From a virus, in the IMG/VR virus record IMGVR_UViG_3300020045_002314, positions 1 through 64,000 of that record: a stretch of DNA of 64,000 bases; one strand, given 5' to 3'. Below are positions 41,947 to 51,545 of the stretch, one piece after another (positions within the stretch are counted from its first letter, which is position 1; each line of letters begins with the position of its first letter). The translations under genes and the position numbers were made by a program. A model generated the notes under the pieces. That model saw only the letters and a program-made list of their open reading frames with translations, did no database searches and was not told where the DNA came from.

Positions 41947-42621
41947 TTATTTAATTCTTAATCCTTCTGTACTAATTAGTTTAGGTTCTTTAGCTAAATA
42001 TTCTTGATAATCTTCAACAGTTTCAAAATCACTTTCTGTTTTAGTAGATGTATAAGTACCTGTTTTTAAATCATCTTTTAATTTAGTTTTATCTAAAGTA
42101 TCTGTAATATTAATATCTACATTACAATCTAATTCTGTAATTAAATTACTAATATCGGTTGTAATATCTGCTTTAATTATTTTAAATTTATATTCTTTTT
42201 TAATATAACTATCATGTTCCCATGTTTCATTTATATCTAAAGATTGTGATTTACTTGTATAAAATCTATATTCAGGTGTTTCAATAACTTTATTACCTGT
42301 TTTACCTGTAGTACCAAATTTTAATACAATACCTAAAATTAATTCTTTTAGCTTTTTAACTTTCTTATCATTTGATTCTATCTTAGAATTATATAATGAT
42401 ATTCTATTTTTATAATAAGTAGTATTATTTTCTAAATGGTCTATAAACTCTGCAAATTGTGGTAATCGTTCTTTAATTTCTTTTTCACTACCAAATAAAC
42501 TTGCTTCTAATTCAGGTGTCATTTCACCTTCATTACTTTCTATTTCATTAAGTACTTCAAAATATTGTTCAATTAATTTAAACATATGATAAGCACTTGG
42601 TTCTTGTATATTATTTTCCAT
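41947..42621 (-). CDS. Siphovirus Gp157-like coiled-coil protein
   Basis: 'GEMTPELE', long coiled coil, 'DKTKLKDDLKTG', C-terminal 'LRIK'. Confidence 0.75.
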   Translation of the reverse strand: MENNIQEPSAYHMFKLIEQYFEVLNEIESNEGEMTPELEASLFGSEKEIKERLPQFAEFIDHLENNTTYYKNRISLYNSKIESNDKKVKKLKELILGIVLKFGTTGKTGNKVIETPEYRFYTSKSQSLDINETWEHDSYIKKEYKFKIIKADITTDISNLITELDCNVDINITDTLDKTKLKDDLKTGTYTSTKTESDFETVEDYQEYLAKEPKLISTEGLRIK

Positions 42622-42874
42622 AAGGATTTAAATGTTTAGGAAATGTTAACTCTGTTAATTGATTAAAAAATTCATATTTTTCTTCATATGTTTTTAATGA
42701 TATATAAATATTAAAATCATCATTATAGACACCTACATAATCTAATATAATAGTTGATTTTAATTCATATTTTATACAAATTGTAAGAAAGAATTGCCAT
42801 TCTTTATATTCATTTATAAGGGGTATATATTTATTACAAAATGATATTAACCCTATTGCTTTAAAATCTATCAT
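42611..42874 (-). CDS. Hypothetical protein
   Basis: 87-aa ORF in operon. Confidence 0.45.
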   Translation of the reverse strand: MIDFKAIGLISFCNKYIPLINEYKEWQFFLTICIKYELKSTIILDYVGVYNDDFNIYISLKTYEEKYEFFNQLTELTFPKHLNPYGK

Positions 42875-43864
42875 TTAATTAAATTTAAAAGGTGTTATTT
42901 CTAATTCTTTTTCATTGATTTCTTTAGTAACATTAGCTAATGTAAATTGACTTAATGTTCTTTCAAAATCATTTTGTTTACTAGTGTATTCATATCTCGA
43001 ATATATATAATTTCTAAAACCTATTCTATTATTATATAATATCTTTGATGTTGAAAGTGTCATATTAGATGGACTACCCATTACACTAACTAAAGTTTTA
43101 TTAAAATTAAAATTATTAAATAATTTAAAATTATCATTCATTATTTTAAATTCAACTTTGTTAATATATATTTTGTAAGTTTCCATATCTAATACAGGTG
43201 TTACAAAAATAAGTGTATTTATTAGATTTCTATAATTATTAAAATCAAATTCTTTATAATCTAATATACTACTAAATATAATATTAAATTTTTTAATATT
43301 TCTTGTTTCTTTAAAATTATTTAATATTAAATAATCAGTAGGATTGTCATAAATATAAGTAAATGTATTAACTGGATAGTCACCATTTAAATAATATTGA
43401 TAATTATATTTAGTAAGGATAATTGTATTAGTTTCTATATTTCTATAGTCAGTTCTATTAATATCTAATTGCGTAGTTATATCATTAAATGCTGCTTCAT
43501 CTATTATATATACTTTAGCTTTATTATTATTATTTAATATAGTATCTATTGTAGTTATATAACTATAATATAATTCTTCAATAAATATAACATCACATTT
43601 ACTAGCAAAGTTATTTATATCTATTACATTATTTAATGAACCATTTAATAATTTATTTAAATATAATATATTTATTTTACAATTAGTATTACCTTTTAAT
43701 ACAGCAGGTAATTGATAAGGATTACTTATCATTAATTTTTGATAATCAATATTAAAATGTTTATTAATTTGATTATAATAATTAAGATGTTGTAAGTTTA
43801 TATAAAAAGAATTATCTAAAAATATAAATCCAACTGTAGTATTAGCGTTTATTGAATTAAGCAT
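42875..43864 (-). CDS. Hypothetical Asn/Ile-rich protein
   Basis: 329-aa uninterrupted ORF; no family recognised. Confidence 0.5.
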   Translation of the reverse strand: MLNSINANTTVGFIFLDNSFYINLQHLNYYNQINKHFNIDYQKLMISNPYQLPAVLKGNTNCKINILYLNKLLNGSLNNVIDINNFASKCDVIFIEELYYSYITTIDTILNNNNKAKVYIIDEAAFNDITTQLDINRTDYRNIETNTIILTKYNYQYYLNGDYPVNTFTYIYDNPTDYLILNNFKETRNIKKFNIIFSSILDYKEFDFNNYRNLINTLIFVTPVLDMETYKIYINKVEFKIMNDNFKLFNNFNFNKTLVSVMGSPSNMTLSTSKILYNNRIGFRNYIYSRYEYTSKQNDFERTLSQFTLANVTKEINEKELEITPFKFN

Positions 43865-44232
43865 AAAGTTTTATTATTTCTTATATCGTTTAGTAATTCT
43901 TTTTGTTCTTTAACACAATTTGTATAAAAACTATTAAAATAATTAGTATAACTTAGTGCAACTTGTTTTTTACAACCTAATGTACTTCTTAAAACATTAT
44001 ATAAATTTCTATAAAATAGATTAGGTATTTCATTGTATGTAACTAATTCATCACCTACATATAATTCAACATTTTTAACTATAAATTTATTATATGTATC
44101 AATCATAAATTCAATTTTATAATTTACAATAACATCACTTAATGTTTTAGAAAATTCAATTGTTAAATTAGCAGGTATTAAATTATTACTTATAGCGTAG
44201 TTTAATATTTTATCTTTAATATTATTGTTCAT
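43849..44232 (-). CDS. Hypothetical protein
   Basis: 127-aa ORF in operon. Confidence 0.5.
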   Translation of the reverse strand: MNNNIKDKILNYAISNNLIPANLTIEFSKTLSDVIVNYKIEFMIDTYNKFIVKNVELYVGDELVTYNEIPNLFYRNLYNVLRSTLGCKKQVALSYTNYFNSFYTNCVKEQKELLNDIRNNKTLCLIQ

Positions 44233-44242
44233 ATTTATAAAA

Positions 44243-44270
44243 TTAAAAAGGGTATATTTCTATACCCTTT
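44243..44270 (-). terminator. Intrinsic terminator
   Basis: - strand AAAGGGTATA-GAAA-TATACCCTTT followed by TT; GNRA tetraloop. Confidence 0.8.
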
Positions 44271-44284
44271 AATGATGTTAATGT

Positions 44285-44470
44285 TTAACCATTAGCTGTA
44301 GTTAGCATAATGTTTATCTTATCTATTCTTGATTGAATTCTACAACGTACTAGTTTAATTTCAGTACTAAATGGTATTGATTCTTTATCTGTTGTTTCAA
44401 AATCATTATCTAATATATTTTGTAATACAGATTTAACTGCTTGTAATTCATTTGTTGTTAAATGTTCCAT
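44285..44470 (-). CDS. Small hypothetical protein
   Basis: 61-aa ORF with TAATG overlap. Confidence 0.5.
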   Translation of the reverse strand: MEHLTTNELQAVKSVLQNILDNDFETTDKESIPFSTEIKLVRCRIQSRIDKINIMLTTANG

Positions 44471-44721
44471 TATAAATAATTTAAAATTATTAATTCATCT
44501 TCTTTTATATAATTTGTAACTGTTGTATTTTTGATTATATAAAAATCATCTTTTAAGGGGTCTTCAAATCCTTTACTATGACAATAATAAATTTGTATTA
44601 CATTATTACTATCTACTTCAATAATTGGCACAATATCGAATGACCCACCTATATAATTATTAGTTTGTCCTAAAACAAAACTTGACAAAAATACAAAAAA
44701 TATTAATATTAATTTCTTCAT
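44470..44721 (-). CDS. Small secreted protein with Sec signal peptide
   Basis: MKKLILIFFVFLSSFVLG|Q: classic signal peptide with Gln at +1. Confidence 0.6.
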   Translation of the reverse strand: MKKLILIFFVFLSSFVLGQTNNYIGGSFDIVPIIEVDSNNVIQIYYCHSKGFEDPLKDDFYIIKNTTVTNYIKEDELIILNYL

Positions 44722-44736
44722 AATTGTTAATTTTTG

Positions 44737-44949
44737 TTAAAAGTCTTTTAGTGCATAACAATATTTACAATGTCTATATTGTTTATGACTATCACTTGTT
44801 GTATCTATAAAACCATCAAAATGATTATTATCTTTACAAAATTGTTGATTAACTTCTACAGCTTTATTAATAAGATTTATTTTATCTTGTGCTATTTTTA
44901 AATCTCCTTCTAATGCAACTGATATAAATTGTATTTGTTCTTTAGTCAT
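44737..44949 (-). CDS. Small protein with possible Zn ribbon
   Basis: C....H...CKYC at the C-terminus. Confidence 0.5.
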   Translation of the reverse strand: MTKEQIQFISVALEGDLKIAQDKINLINKAVEVNQQFCKDNNHFDGFIDTTSDSHKQYRHCKYCYALKDF

Positions 44950-46108
44950 GATTAAATTTGTTTATAAATAATTCTAAAACTTCATCTCTAAACTTAATAT
45001 CAATTGGTCTTAAATTAATACCTTGTTGTCCATCATTGTTTTCATCTTTATAATTAGTATAATAAGTATAATTGATAGTATAAATTTCATTAATATATTT
45101 TTTAAGAAATTGATAAGTATTAAAATAACTTTTATCTGTTTCATCAGGATTACCAATAATAATATTTAATATTGGTTTAGCACATGAATTTACAACATTA
45201 CTAAAAGCTTTATTAAAAGTTCTAATATTAAAAGGTTTATTGTATTTTTGTAAAATGAAATCATTATAACTTTCTAATCCTATTTCTACAAATTTAATAT
45301 TAGTATTCATAAATACATTCTTTATATTTTCATGCACTAAATATTTAGGAGAAGTTTGAATTATATATCCACAATAATGGTCATGAAAATTAGAATGATG
45401 TAATTGATAATCTGCTAAAGTTAAGTTTTCATTCCATTTTTTATCTTGAAAAAATGTTTTATCATCAATATAAATTAATTTATGATTTAATTTATTAATT
45501 CCATTACACTGATTTATAATTTGAGAATGACTTAATGATACAACTCCTTTATCAATAGTACAAAAACTACAATGAAAATTACAATTTTTACTTAGTTGTA
45601 ATCTAGGTATAGTAGGTTCATTATTAAATAAAGAATAATCTAAACCATAATAATAATCAACTCCTAGTAATTTACACATAGTTTCAATAGAATCTACATT
45701 AGATATATTAACATATTGGTGAATACCTTGAAATGTATCATCTTCAATAATTGTATAACCGCCCATTATAAATTTAGTTTTAGTACTACAAAACATATTT
45801 TGTTCTATAAATCTTTTTATAATATGTTTATTACAATCCATTACTGAAAATAAAATATAATCATACCTATTTAAATTAGGTATTTTATTAAAATTATCAA
45901 TAGTTATAATTTTAAATTCTAATTCAAAACTATTTTTTAAAGTATAAGTACATTCAGCTACCCATCTAGGTAATTCATAATAATCTTTATGTTTATAATA
46001 ACCATCTTTCTGTGCATATTTGAAGAAACTATCTTCAAATTCTTGTTCTAATTCATTATTTGTTTTAATTAAAGTAGAACTTATTTGCAACATTAATATT
46101 TTACTCAT
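44942..46108 (-). CDS. Radical SAM protein with putative B12-binding-like N-terminal domain
   Basis: CNFHCSFC (CxxxCxxC), 'IDDKTF', 'EIGLES', 'IIGNPDET'; N-terminal 'YDYILFSVM..FIMGG'. Confidence 0.85.
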   Translation of the reverse strand: MSKILMLQISSTLIKTNNELEQEFEDSFFKYAQKDGYYKHKDYYELPRWVAECTYTLKNSFELEFKIITIDNFNKIPNLNRYDYILFSVMDCNKHIIKRFIEQNMFCSTKTKFIMGGYTIIEDDTFQGIHQYVNISNVDSIETMCKLLGVDYYYGLDYSLFNNEPTIPRLQLSKNCNFHCSFCTIDKGVVSLSHSQIINQCNGINKLNHKLIYIDDKTFFQDKKWNENLTLADYQLHHSNFHDHYCGYIIQTSPKYLVHENIKNVFMNTNIKFVEIGLESYNDFILQKYNKPFNIRTFNKAFSNVVNSCAKPILNIIIGNPDETDKSYFNTYQFLKKYINEIYTINYTYYTNYKDENNDGQQGINLRPIDIKFRDEVLELFINKFNHD

Positions 46109-47258
46109 AATCTCTAACTATTATAAAATTACTATGAAAAGGTACTTTTTTACTACTACTACGTTCATAATAAGATACTGTACCAAGTTTACCACGAACT
46201 TCATTACGGTCGTTATATAATTTTAACTTTCTATCATTACTCCATTCTTTTACTAAGTCACCTGGAATAGATATAAATGTTTCATTATTAATATCATTTT
46301 TAAGTAATACTTTAACAACTTCTACACCGTTCTTATTACCTTCATATATAACATCTATAATTCTAAATTCAGAATCTTTTAATTTTTTAAATTTATACAT
46401 TCTAGAATCACGTTTACCATAATTATATTCAGTATATAAACTACGTATTATTAAACCTTCATATTTTAAGTCTATAAACTTATCTCTTAATTCAACAAGT
46501 TCATCTAATGTTATTAAAGTTTCTAATAATAATGGTAATGAATATATTTTAGGTGAGAAGTTAAAAAACAATCTATTTAATAATAACAATCTTAATATTT
46601 GTGGTAATGGTATATCTAAATTTAAATCATATAATACATAATCAATATGTTTAGAATCACCTGTATGTTTATAAGGAATACCTGTTGTACTAGAAATTAA
46701 AGGTACACAATTTTTAATATCTGTTAGTGAATATCCATGTTTATAGAATTCTCCATCTAATTCAATATTAAATTTAAGTTTATTATATACAGTTGTTAAT
46801 AATAAATCTTCTATAACTGGCATATAATATTCATTACCTTCTTTAGTATTAAATATTAATTTATATTCAGGGTCGAATAAACCTACTGTTGTTTGTTTAA
46901 CTTTTCTAGTTTTACAACGTACACCATTTAATTTATATTGATATGCATATGCAAATTCATTTAATTGTTTATGAATTAGCATTAAAGGATTATACTTTTT
47001 TGCTAACATTGGGAGTTTTATATTTTCTACATTATTTATATAAGGTTTACTAAAATCTAATTCATCTATAGATTCTGTAGTTAACCATTTACCATGTTTA
47101 AAATATAATTCTAAATCAGAAGTAATTCTTTTATTACATGGTACAAAGAAGTTTTGTAAATGTAATAATACATCTTTAGAATTATTTATAATTACAAATA
47201 ATTCTCTCTCGATATTTACACATATAGCAATATCTTTTGTAGTCTTATAATAATACAT
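46101..47258 (-). CDS. ATP-dependent DNA ligase
   Basis: Motif I QYKLNGVR, LDGEFY, YD, EGLIIR, 'YGKR...KFK', C-terminal OB fold. Confidence 0.9.
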   Translation of the reverse strand: MYYYKTTKDIAICVNIERELFVIINNSKDVLLHLQNFFVPCNKRITSDLELYFKHGKWLTTESIDELDFSKPYINNVENIKLPMLAKKYNPLMLIHKQLNEFAYAYQYKLNGVRCKTRKVKQTTVGLFDPEYKLIFNTKEGNEYYMPVIEDLLLTTVYNKLKFNIELDGEFYKHGYSLTDIKNCVPLISSTTGIPYKHTGDSKHIDYVLYDLNLDIPLPQILRLLLLNRLFFNFSPKIYSLPLLLETLITLDELVELRDKFIDLKYEGLIIRSLYTEYNYGKRDSRMYKFKKLKDSEFRIIDVIYEGNKNGVEVVKVLLKNDINNETFISIPGDLVKEWSNDRKLKLYNDRNEVRGKLGTVSYYERSSSKKVPFHSNFIIVRDYE

Positions 47259-47805
47259 CTTCTGATTCTTTTATAGTATTTAAATTAATAAATAACATAT
47301 GAGTATATCTTGATTCTAAACTATGTAATACATTTTTAAGTACACTGTTAGCATCTTCAAACTTTATTAAAGATTTATTTATATGAAATTTATTTTTAAT
47401 AATATCAAAATAACTTTTACAAGGTCTGTCATTAACATCTTGCATAAAAACATAAGGTAAATGTTTAAAACCATCCATTATATTTTTATCTTTAACTGTT
47501 CCATCACCTATTATACTATTTTGAGTAAAATAATATTTATTATAAAAATCTTTAATAGGTAATTCATTATCTTCTTTAATATTTTCATATTCTTCTTTAG
47601 TTATTAGAAGTAATATAATTTTAATATCTATATGGTGTATTTGAAATCTTCCATATTTAGGATTACGTACATATAGAAATGTTTCATCACCATTTTCTAT
47701 TTGTAAAACATCTGATTTATCAGACAATATTGTATCAGGGGTAAAATAACTAAAGTTGTATGCTTTAGGATATTTTGTTTGTAATAAGTTTACTAGGTGT
47801 TTCAT
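47245..47805 (-). CDS. Hypothetical protein
   Basis: 186-aa ORF overlapping both neighbours slightly. Confidence 0.5.
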   Translation of the reverse strand: MKHLVNLLQTKYPKAYNFSYFTPDTILSDKSDVLQIENGDETFLYVRNPKYGRFQIHHIDIKIILLLITKEEYENIKEDNELPIKDFYNKYYFTQNSIIGDGTVKDKNIMDGFKHLPYVFMQDVNDRPCKSYFDIIKNKFHINKSLIKFEDANSVLKNVLHSLESRYTHMLFINLNTIKESEDVLL

Positions 47806-49018
47806 AATAATTAATTATTAATTTATAAAGTTTATCAACATATCTAAATCCTTTTACTTTGAATAAATCAGCAATATCTTTTAAACCTTTAAAATAAGGT
47901 CTATATTTATAATTTACACAAAAGGATGTAAAATCCATAACATCTAAATCCTTATTTAGAAGTTTTGCAGTTTTATTTACAATAGAAGTTATTTCACTAT
48001 ATGTAAATATAATATTTTCAAATTTTAATCCATTAATATATAGTAATATTAAATTAGGGTCTAACATCTTATAATAAAATCCAGTTAATAAACCTTGTTT
48101 ATCATAATCTAAAACCATAATTGTTTTCTTATCACTATATAATTGTTCATTGTTGTAGTCTAAACTATTTAAAATAATTGATTCAGACTGTAATACTTTG
48201 ATGTTTAAGTTTTTCTCTAAACCCCCATAGAAAGATAAGGTAGAAGTTAGGATACGTTCTTTTTGAGATTTTACATATATAATTCTATCACAATAATAAT
48301 TTTTATTATCTTCTATTGGAGAATGTCCATTAGTAATAAATCTTACAACATTTTTTACTTTTAATCTATCAGGAAAATAAGCTTTTATTATATCTATATT
48401 ATGTTCATCTTTACCTAAATAATAAACATAACATCTATCTTTAAGTCTATATTCATATACTACATTATTAAAAGTACTTATTTTTTTAACAACATATACT
48501 TTACTATTAAATAATGTATCTAGTAAAACTTTACTAAATTCTTTATCATTTGAATATTGATGCCAATACATAAAGTCATGAGTTGTCCAATCTTTTAGTT
48601 CTATAAAATATTGTATTGTTTTTTGTTCAGTTATAACTTTATTTTTAACTGTAATAGACCTTGTAAGTTTACTATTATTTTCTTTATTAAATACTAATGA
48701 ATTTATAATATCGTTACATACATATACAAAATCTTCTTTATTATAAATATTCTTATTTAATGTCAATGCAGCAATGTCATAACAATCACCATTATATATA
48801 CTACAAGCAAAATCTTTACATCTTAGTTTTATACCATATTTAGTATTTTGTAATTTAAAACCTAAAGATGGTTTTTTATCATCTCTTAATGGATTACGTA
48901 TTTTGTTAAGTGTATTTTCTAAACAGTATTCAATATCAGCTATATCTACTCTCATATAATGAGTAAATATATCAAATTGACTTACGCCTGAATCTTCAAT
49001 TAATTTTATTAATGACAT
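47765..49018 (-). CDS. DNA primase (crAss DnaG-like)
   Basis: 'NPLRDDKKPS', 'KDFA..GDC', TOPRIM-like 'KSQKE..QSE..LDYDKQG..KDIAD'. Confidence 0.8.
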   Translation of the reverse strand: MSLIKLIEDSGVSQFDIFTHYMRVDIADIEYCLENTLNKIRNPLRDDKKPSLGFKLQNTKYGIKLRCKDFACSIYNGDCYDIAALTLNKNIYNKEDFVYVCNDIINSLVFNKENNSKLTRSITVKNKVITEQKTIQYFIELKDWTTHDFMYWHQYSNDKEFSKVLLDTLFNSKVYVVKKISTFNNVVYEYRLKDRCYVYYLGKDEHNIDIIKAYFPDRLKVKNVVRFITNGHSPIEDNKNYYCDRIIYVKSQKERILTSTLSFYGGLEKNLNIKVLQSESIILNSLDYNNEQLYSDKKTIMVLDYDKQGLLTGFYYKMLDPNLILLYINGLKFENIIFTYSEITSIVNKTAKLLNKDLDVMDFTSFCVNYKYRPYFKGLKDIADLFKVKGFRYVDKLYKLIINYYETPSKLITNKIS

Positions 49019-49030
49019 ATTAAATAGATA

Positions 49031-49066
49031 TAAAAAAAGGGCTATAAATTAATATAACCCTTTTTT
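49031..49066 (-). terminator. Intrinsic terminator
   Basis: - strand AAAAAAGGGTTATA-ttaatt-TATAGCCCTTTTTTT. Confidence 0.85.
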
Positions 49067-49080
49067 AAAATTAGAAACAA

Positions 49081-49842
49081 TTAAACATCGTCAATGTTTA
49101 CGTTTCCACGTGGTTTAGAAGCTGCAATATCATCACCTGCGGAAGGATTGACTTTTACATAAGTAATTGCTTCGTTTGCATATACTTCTAAACTTGTAAC
49201 TAGGCGTGTGCCATTCATTACTAACGGTTCAATAAAACCTTTACCTACGAAATTAGGGAATTCAAATTTATTATTTAAACTACCATCTTTTTTCTTAGCA
49301 TAAATTAATTTCATGATTTGTTTTTTACCTGTAAAGATAGGATTACCATCTGTACCTTTATTAAAGTAATTTACAAATGCTTCATAAAATGCTTTAAAAC
49401 TAGCTAATCTTTCAGCAGCAGGTAAACTAAAATCAATATCAGGAATAACAACTTTAGCATTATAATTAGCTACAGCTTTGTAACTACTTAAAATATGCAT
49501 AAGTCTTTTGTATTGTTCCATCATAAGTGATTCCAATTTATCATCTTCAATAGGTTCACCTGCGTTTGTAACTGCTACGATAGGATTTTCAATATGTTTA
49601 TAGATACGGTCACGACCATCTACATTTTGTTTGAACTCGATTAGAATAGATGATACATTCATACCATGATATTCATAATCTTCTTTACTATCTGTTGATA
49701 GTTTTTCAATAAGTTCTACACGTTTGATAGTTCCACTACAAAGATTATTTAATTCAGGTTGTGCTTTAAAACCTAATACCTGTACTACTTCTTCTTCTGT
49801 ATTAAAACTAATACGTTTCTTGTTTTCAACTGTTTTTGCCAT
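49081..49842 (-). CDS. Putative single-stranded DNA-binding/replication accessory protein
   Basis: Upstream of primase; 'FPNFVGKGFIE' and short acidic C-terminus; function inferred from synteny. Confidence 0.45.
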   Translation of the reverse strand: MAKTVENKKRISFNTEEEVVQVLGFKAQPELNNLCSGTIKRVELIEKLSTDSKEDYEYHGMNVSSILIEFKQNVDGRDRIYKHIENPIVAVTNAGEPIEDDKLESLMMEQYKRLMHILSSYKAVANYNAKVVIPDIDFSLPAAERLASFKAFYEAFVNYFNKGTDGNPIFTGKKQIMKLIYAKKKDGSLNNKFEFPNFVGKGFIEPLVMNGTRLVTSLEVYANEAITYVKVNPSAGDDIAASKPRGNVNIDDV

Positions 49843-49881
49843 ACTATGTTAATTTAAAATTATTGATGTTTGATTAAGTGA

Positions 49882-49917
49882 TAAAAATAAAGTGTAGTAT
49901 TATTACAATACTACACT
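49882..49917 (-). terminator. Intrinsic terminator
   Basis: 11-bp stem AGTGTAGTATT/AATACTACACT with 5-nt loop; T-rich tail on the - strand. Confidence 0.75.
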
Positions 49918-49935
49918 CTAAACTAAAAATGGTGA

Positions 49936-50496
49936 TTAATCTTCTGCTACGTCATTATCTTCATCCATATCTACAACTTCGTCAGTTGTATCTACAGTTA
50001 CATCAGCGTTTTCTTTTGCAGTTCTACGAGTTACAGCTTTTTGAGTACGTTCTGTCAACATAAACATTTCAACTGTTTCACCTTCGTAAGTAAATGTACC
50101 TACACTTACTGGTTTGTATGTAAGAGCAAATGCTAATACATCTTTATCTAAAAGAACTCCTAGTTCTTGAAGAATTTCAATACCACCTTTTACACATTTT
50201 GGGTCGTCACTAAAGAATGGTGCAAATCCACCTGCGTATGTAAATGTATATTTTGTACCTGCAAGAGTAAGTTTAGCACCTATTTCTCCTGTTGTTTTAT
50301 ATACAAAAAACTTATCGTTTAAGCCTTCTGCATCTTCATTGTAGATGATACGTACTTTATCACCTTTTTCTAAACCCATTATTTTAGCAGCAGGTTCATT
50401 AATTTCAAAACGATTGAAACTAGATGTTGCTTTGAAAATTGGATTTGTTTCTACTGGTTTTTGACCTGGTGTAATTGAACCGAAATTAAAATTCAT
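49936..50496 (-). CDS. Hypothetical protein with acidic C-terminal tail (possible SSB or DNA-binding protein)
   Basis: 186 aa; tail DVTVDTTDEVVDMDEDNDVAED. Confidence 0.5.
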   Translation of the reverse strand: MNFNFGSITPGQKPVETNPIFKATSSFNRFEINEPAAKIMGLEKGDKVRIIYNEDAEGLNDKFFVYKTTGEIGAKLTLAGTKYTFTYAGGFAPFFSDDPKCVKGGIEILQELGVLLDKDVLAFALTYKPVSVGTFTYEGETVEMFMLTERTQKAVTRRTAKENADVTVDTTDEVVDMDEDNDVAED

Positions 50497-50549
50497 AATA
50501 CTTGTTGTTTTTAATTGTTAATAAAAAATTGTTAGTTAAAAAATTGTTA

Positions 50550-51491
50550 TTATTTATCCGTTTGTATAGGATTTCCTGTTTTGTCTAATATAGTTGTTAC
50601 ACTACCTGTTTCTGGATTTACATCATAATTTCTACCTTCTAAATCTAATAATTCAGAATAGTCATAAACTCCCATTAATAAATCACTAGCTATTTCTCTA
50701 GAACCATATGTAAAAGCTCTTGTAGCAATCATTAAAGATGTGTATTTAGTCCAGGGGGAGTACGCATTACTAGGATATAAACCAGCTTGTTTAGCATCGT
50801 TTAAACTAAATCTACCATATTTAACATCTGTATACCAAGTACCATCTATGTCTTGTTTCTTACGAGTAAATGTATATTCTGTTAAATAATCATATATTAG
50901 TCCATTGCCTTTATCGTCTTTATCTAAGAATACAACTGGGTAATTACCATCTGCTATAACTCTTGATACTACAGCTTCATTATCTTTAAACTTATCTATA
51001 ACAAAATAATTACTAGGTACATTAGTAGAATCATGTTGTATTAATTCTACACCACGTTTATGTAAATATCTATAAATAGGTTGATAATTTCGTGTACATT
51101 CAAATCGTACACCTGCGGATGGTTTAGTAAGTAATGCTTTTACTATATGAATATCTATACCTGTTTTACCATTTATTAAATGTATATGAGGTAAAGCATT
51201 AGCAAATCCTATATTTAATTCTTTAGCTTTTAATAAAACTAAAGCACCTTCCCCTACTGTTTTTATACCTGAACTTTTACTACCTACTAAAGATTGAATT
51301 ATATCACCCCAATTAGTAAATGAAAAGTTATTGTTTATAACAGCAACATTTGAAGGACGTTCATCTAATGAATCAGTTTTAATTATTTCTTCTGCAACTT
51401 CTTGAATTGCATCATTAATAATTTCAATATTTTCATTAGGATTTTTAGAGATTTCTCCCTTAGAATCATTATTATTGTTTTCTGTTGACAT
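50550..51491 (-). CDS. RecT/Bet-like single-strand annealing protein
   Basis: 'LKAKELNIG..ALPHIHLINGK', 'FSLNDAKQAGL..PWTKY..MIATRA..GSREIASDLLMGVY..EL'. Confidence 0.7.
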   Translation of the reverse strand: MSTENNNNDSKGEISKNPNENIEIINDAIQEVAEEIIKTDSLDERPSNVAVINNNFSFTNWGDIIQSLVGSKSSGIKTVGEGALVLLKAKELNIGFANALPHIHLINGKTGIDIHIVKALLTKPSAGVRFECTRNYQPIYRYLHKRGVELIQHDSTNVPSNYFVIDKFKDNEAVVSRVIADGNYPVVFLDKDDKGNGLIYDYLTEYTFTRKKQDIDGTWYTDVKYGRFSLNDAKQAGLYPSNAYSPWTKYTSLMIATRAFTYGSREIASDLLMGVYDYSELLDLEGRNYDVNPETGSVTTILDKTGNPIQTDK

Positions 51492-51512
51492 TTTTAATAA
51501 ATGATTAGGTTA

Positions 51513-51545
51513 CAAAGATAATAAATTTATAGTAGTAAATGCAAA
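51513..51545 (-). promoter_or_regulatory. Bacteroidota housekeeping sigma promoter (-33 TTTG / -7 TAnnTTTG)
   Basis: - strand TTTG-N21-TATCTTTG, ending ~21 nt upstream of the RecT-like start codon. Confidence 0.75.
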
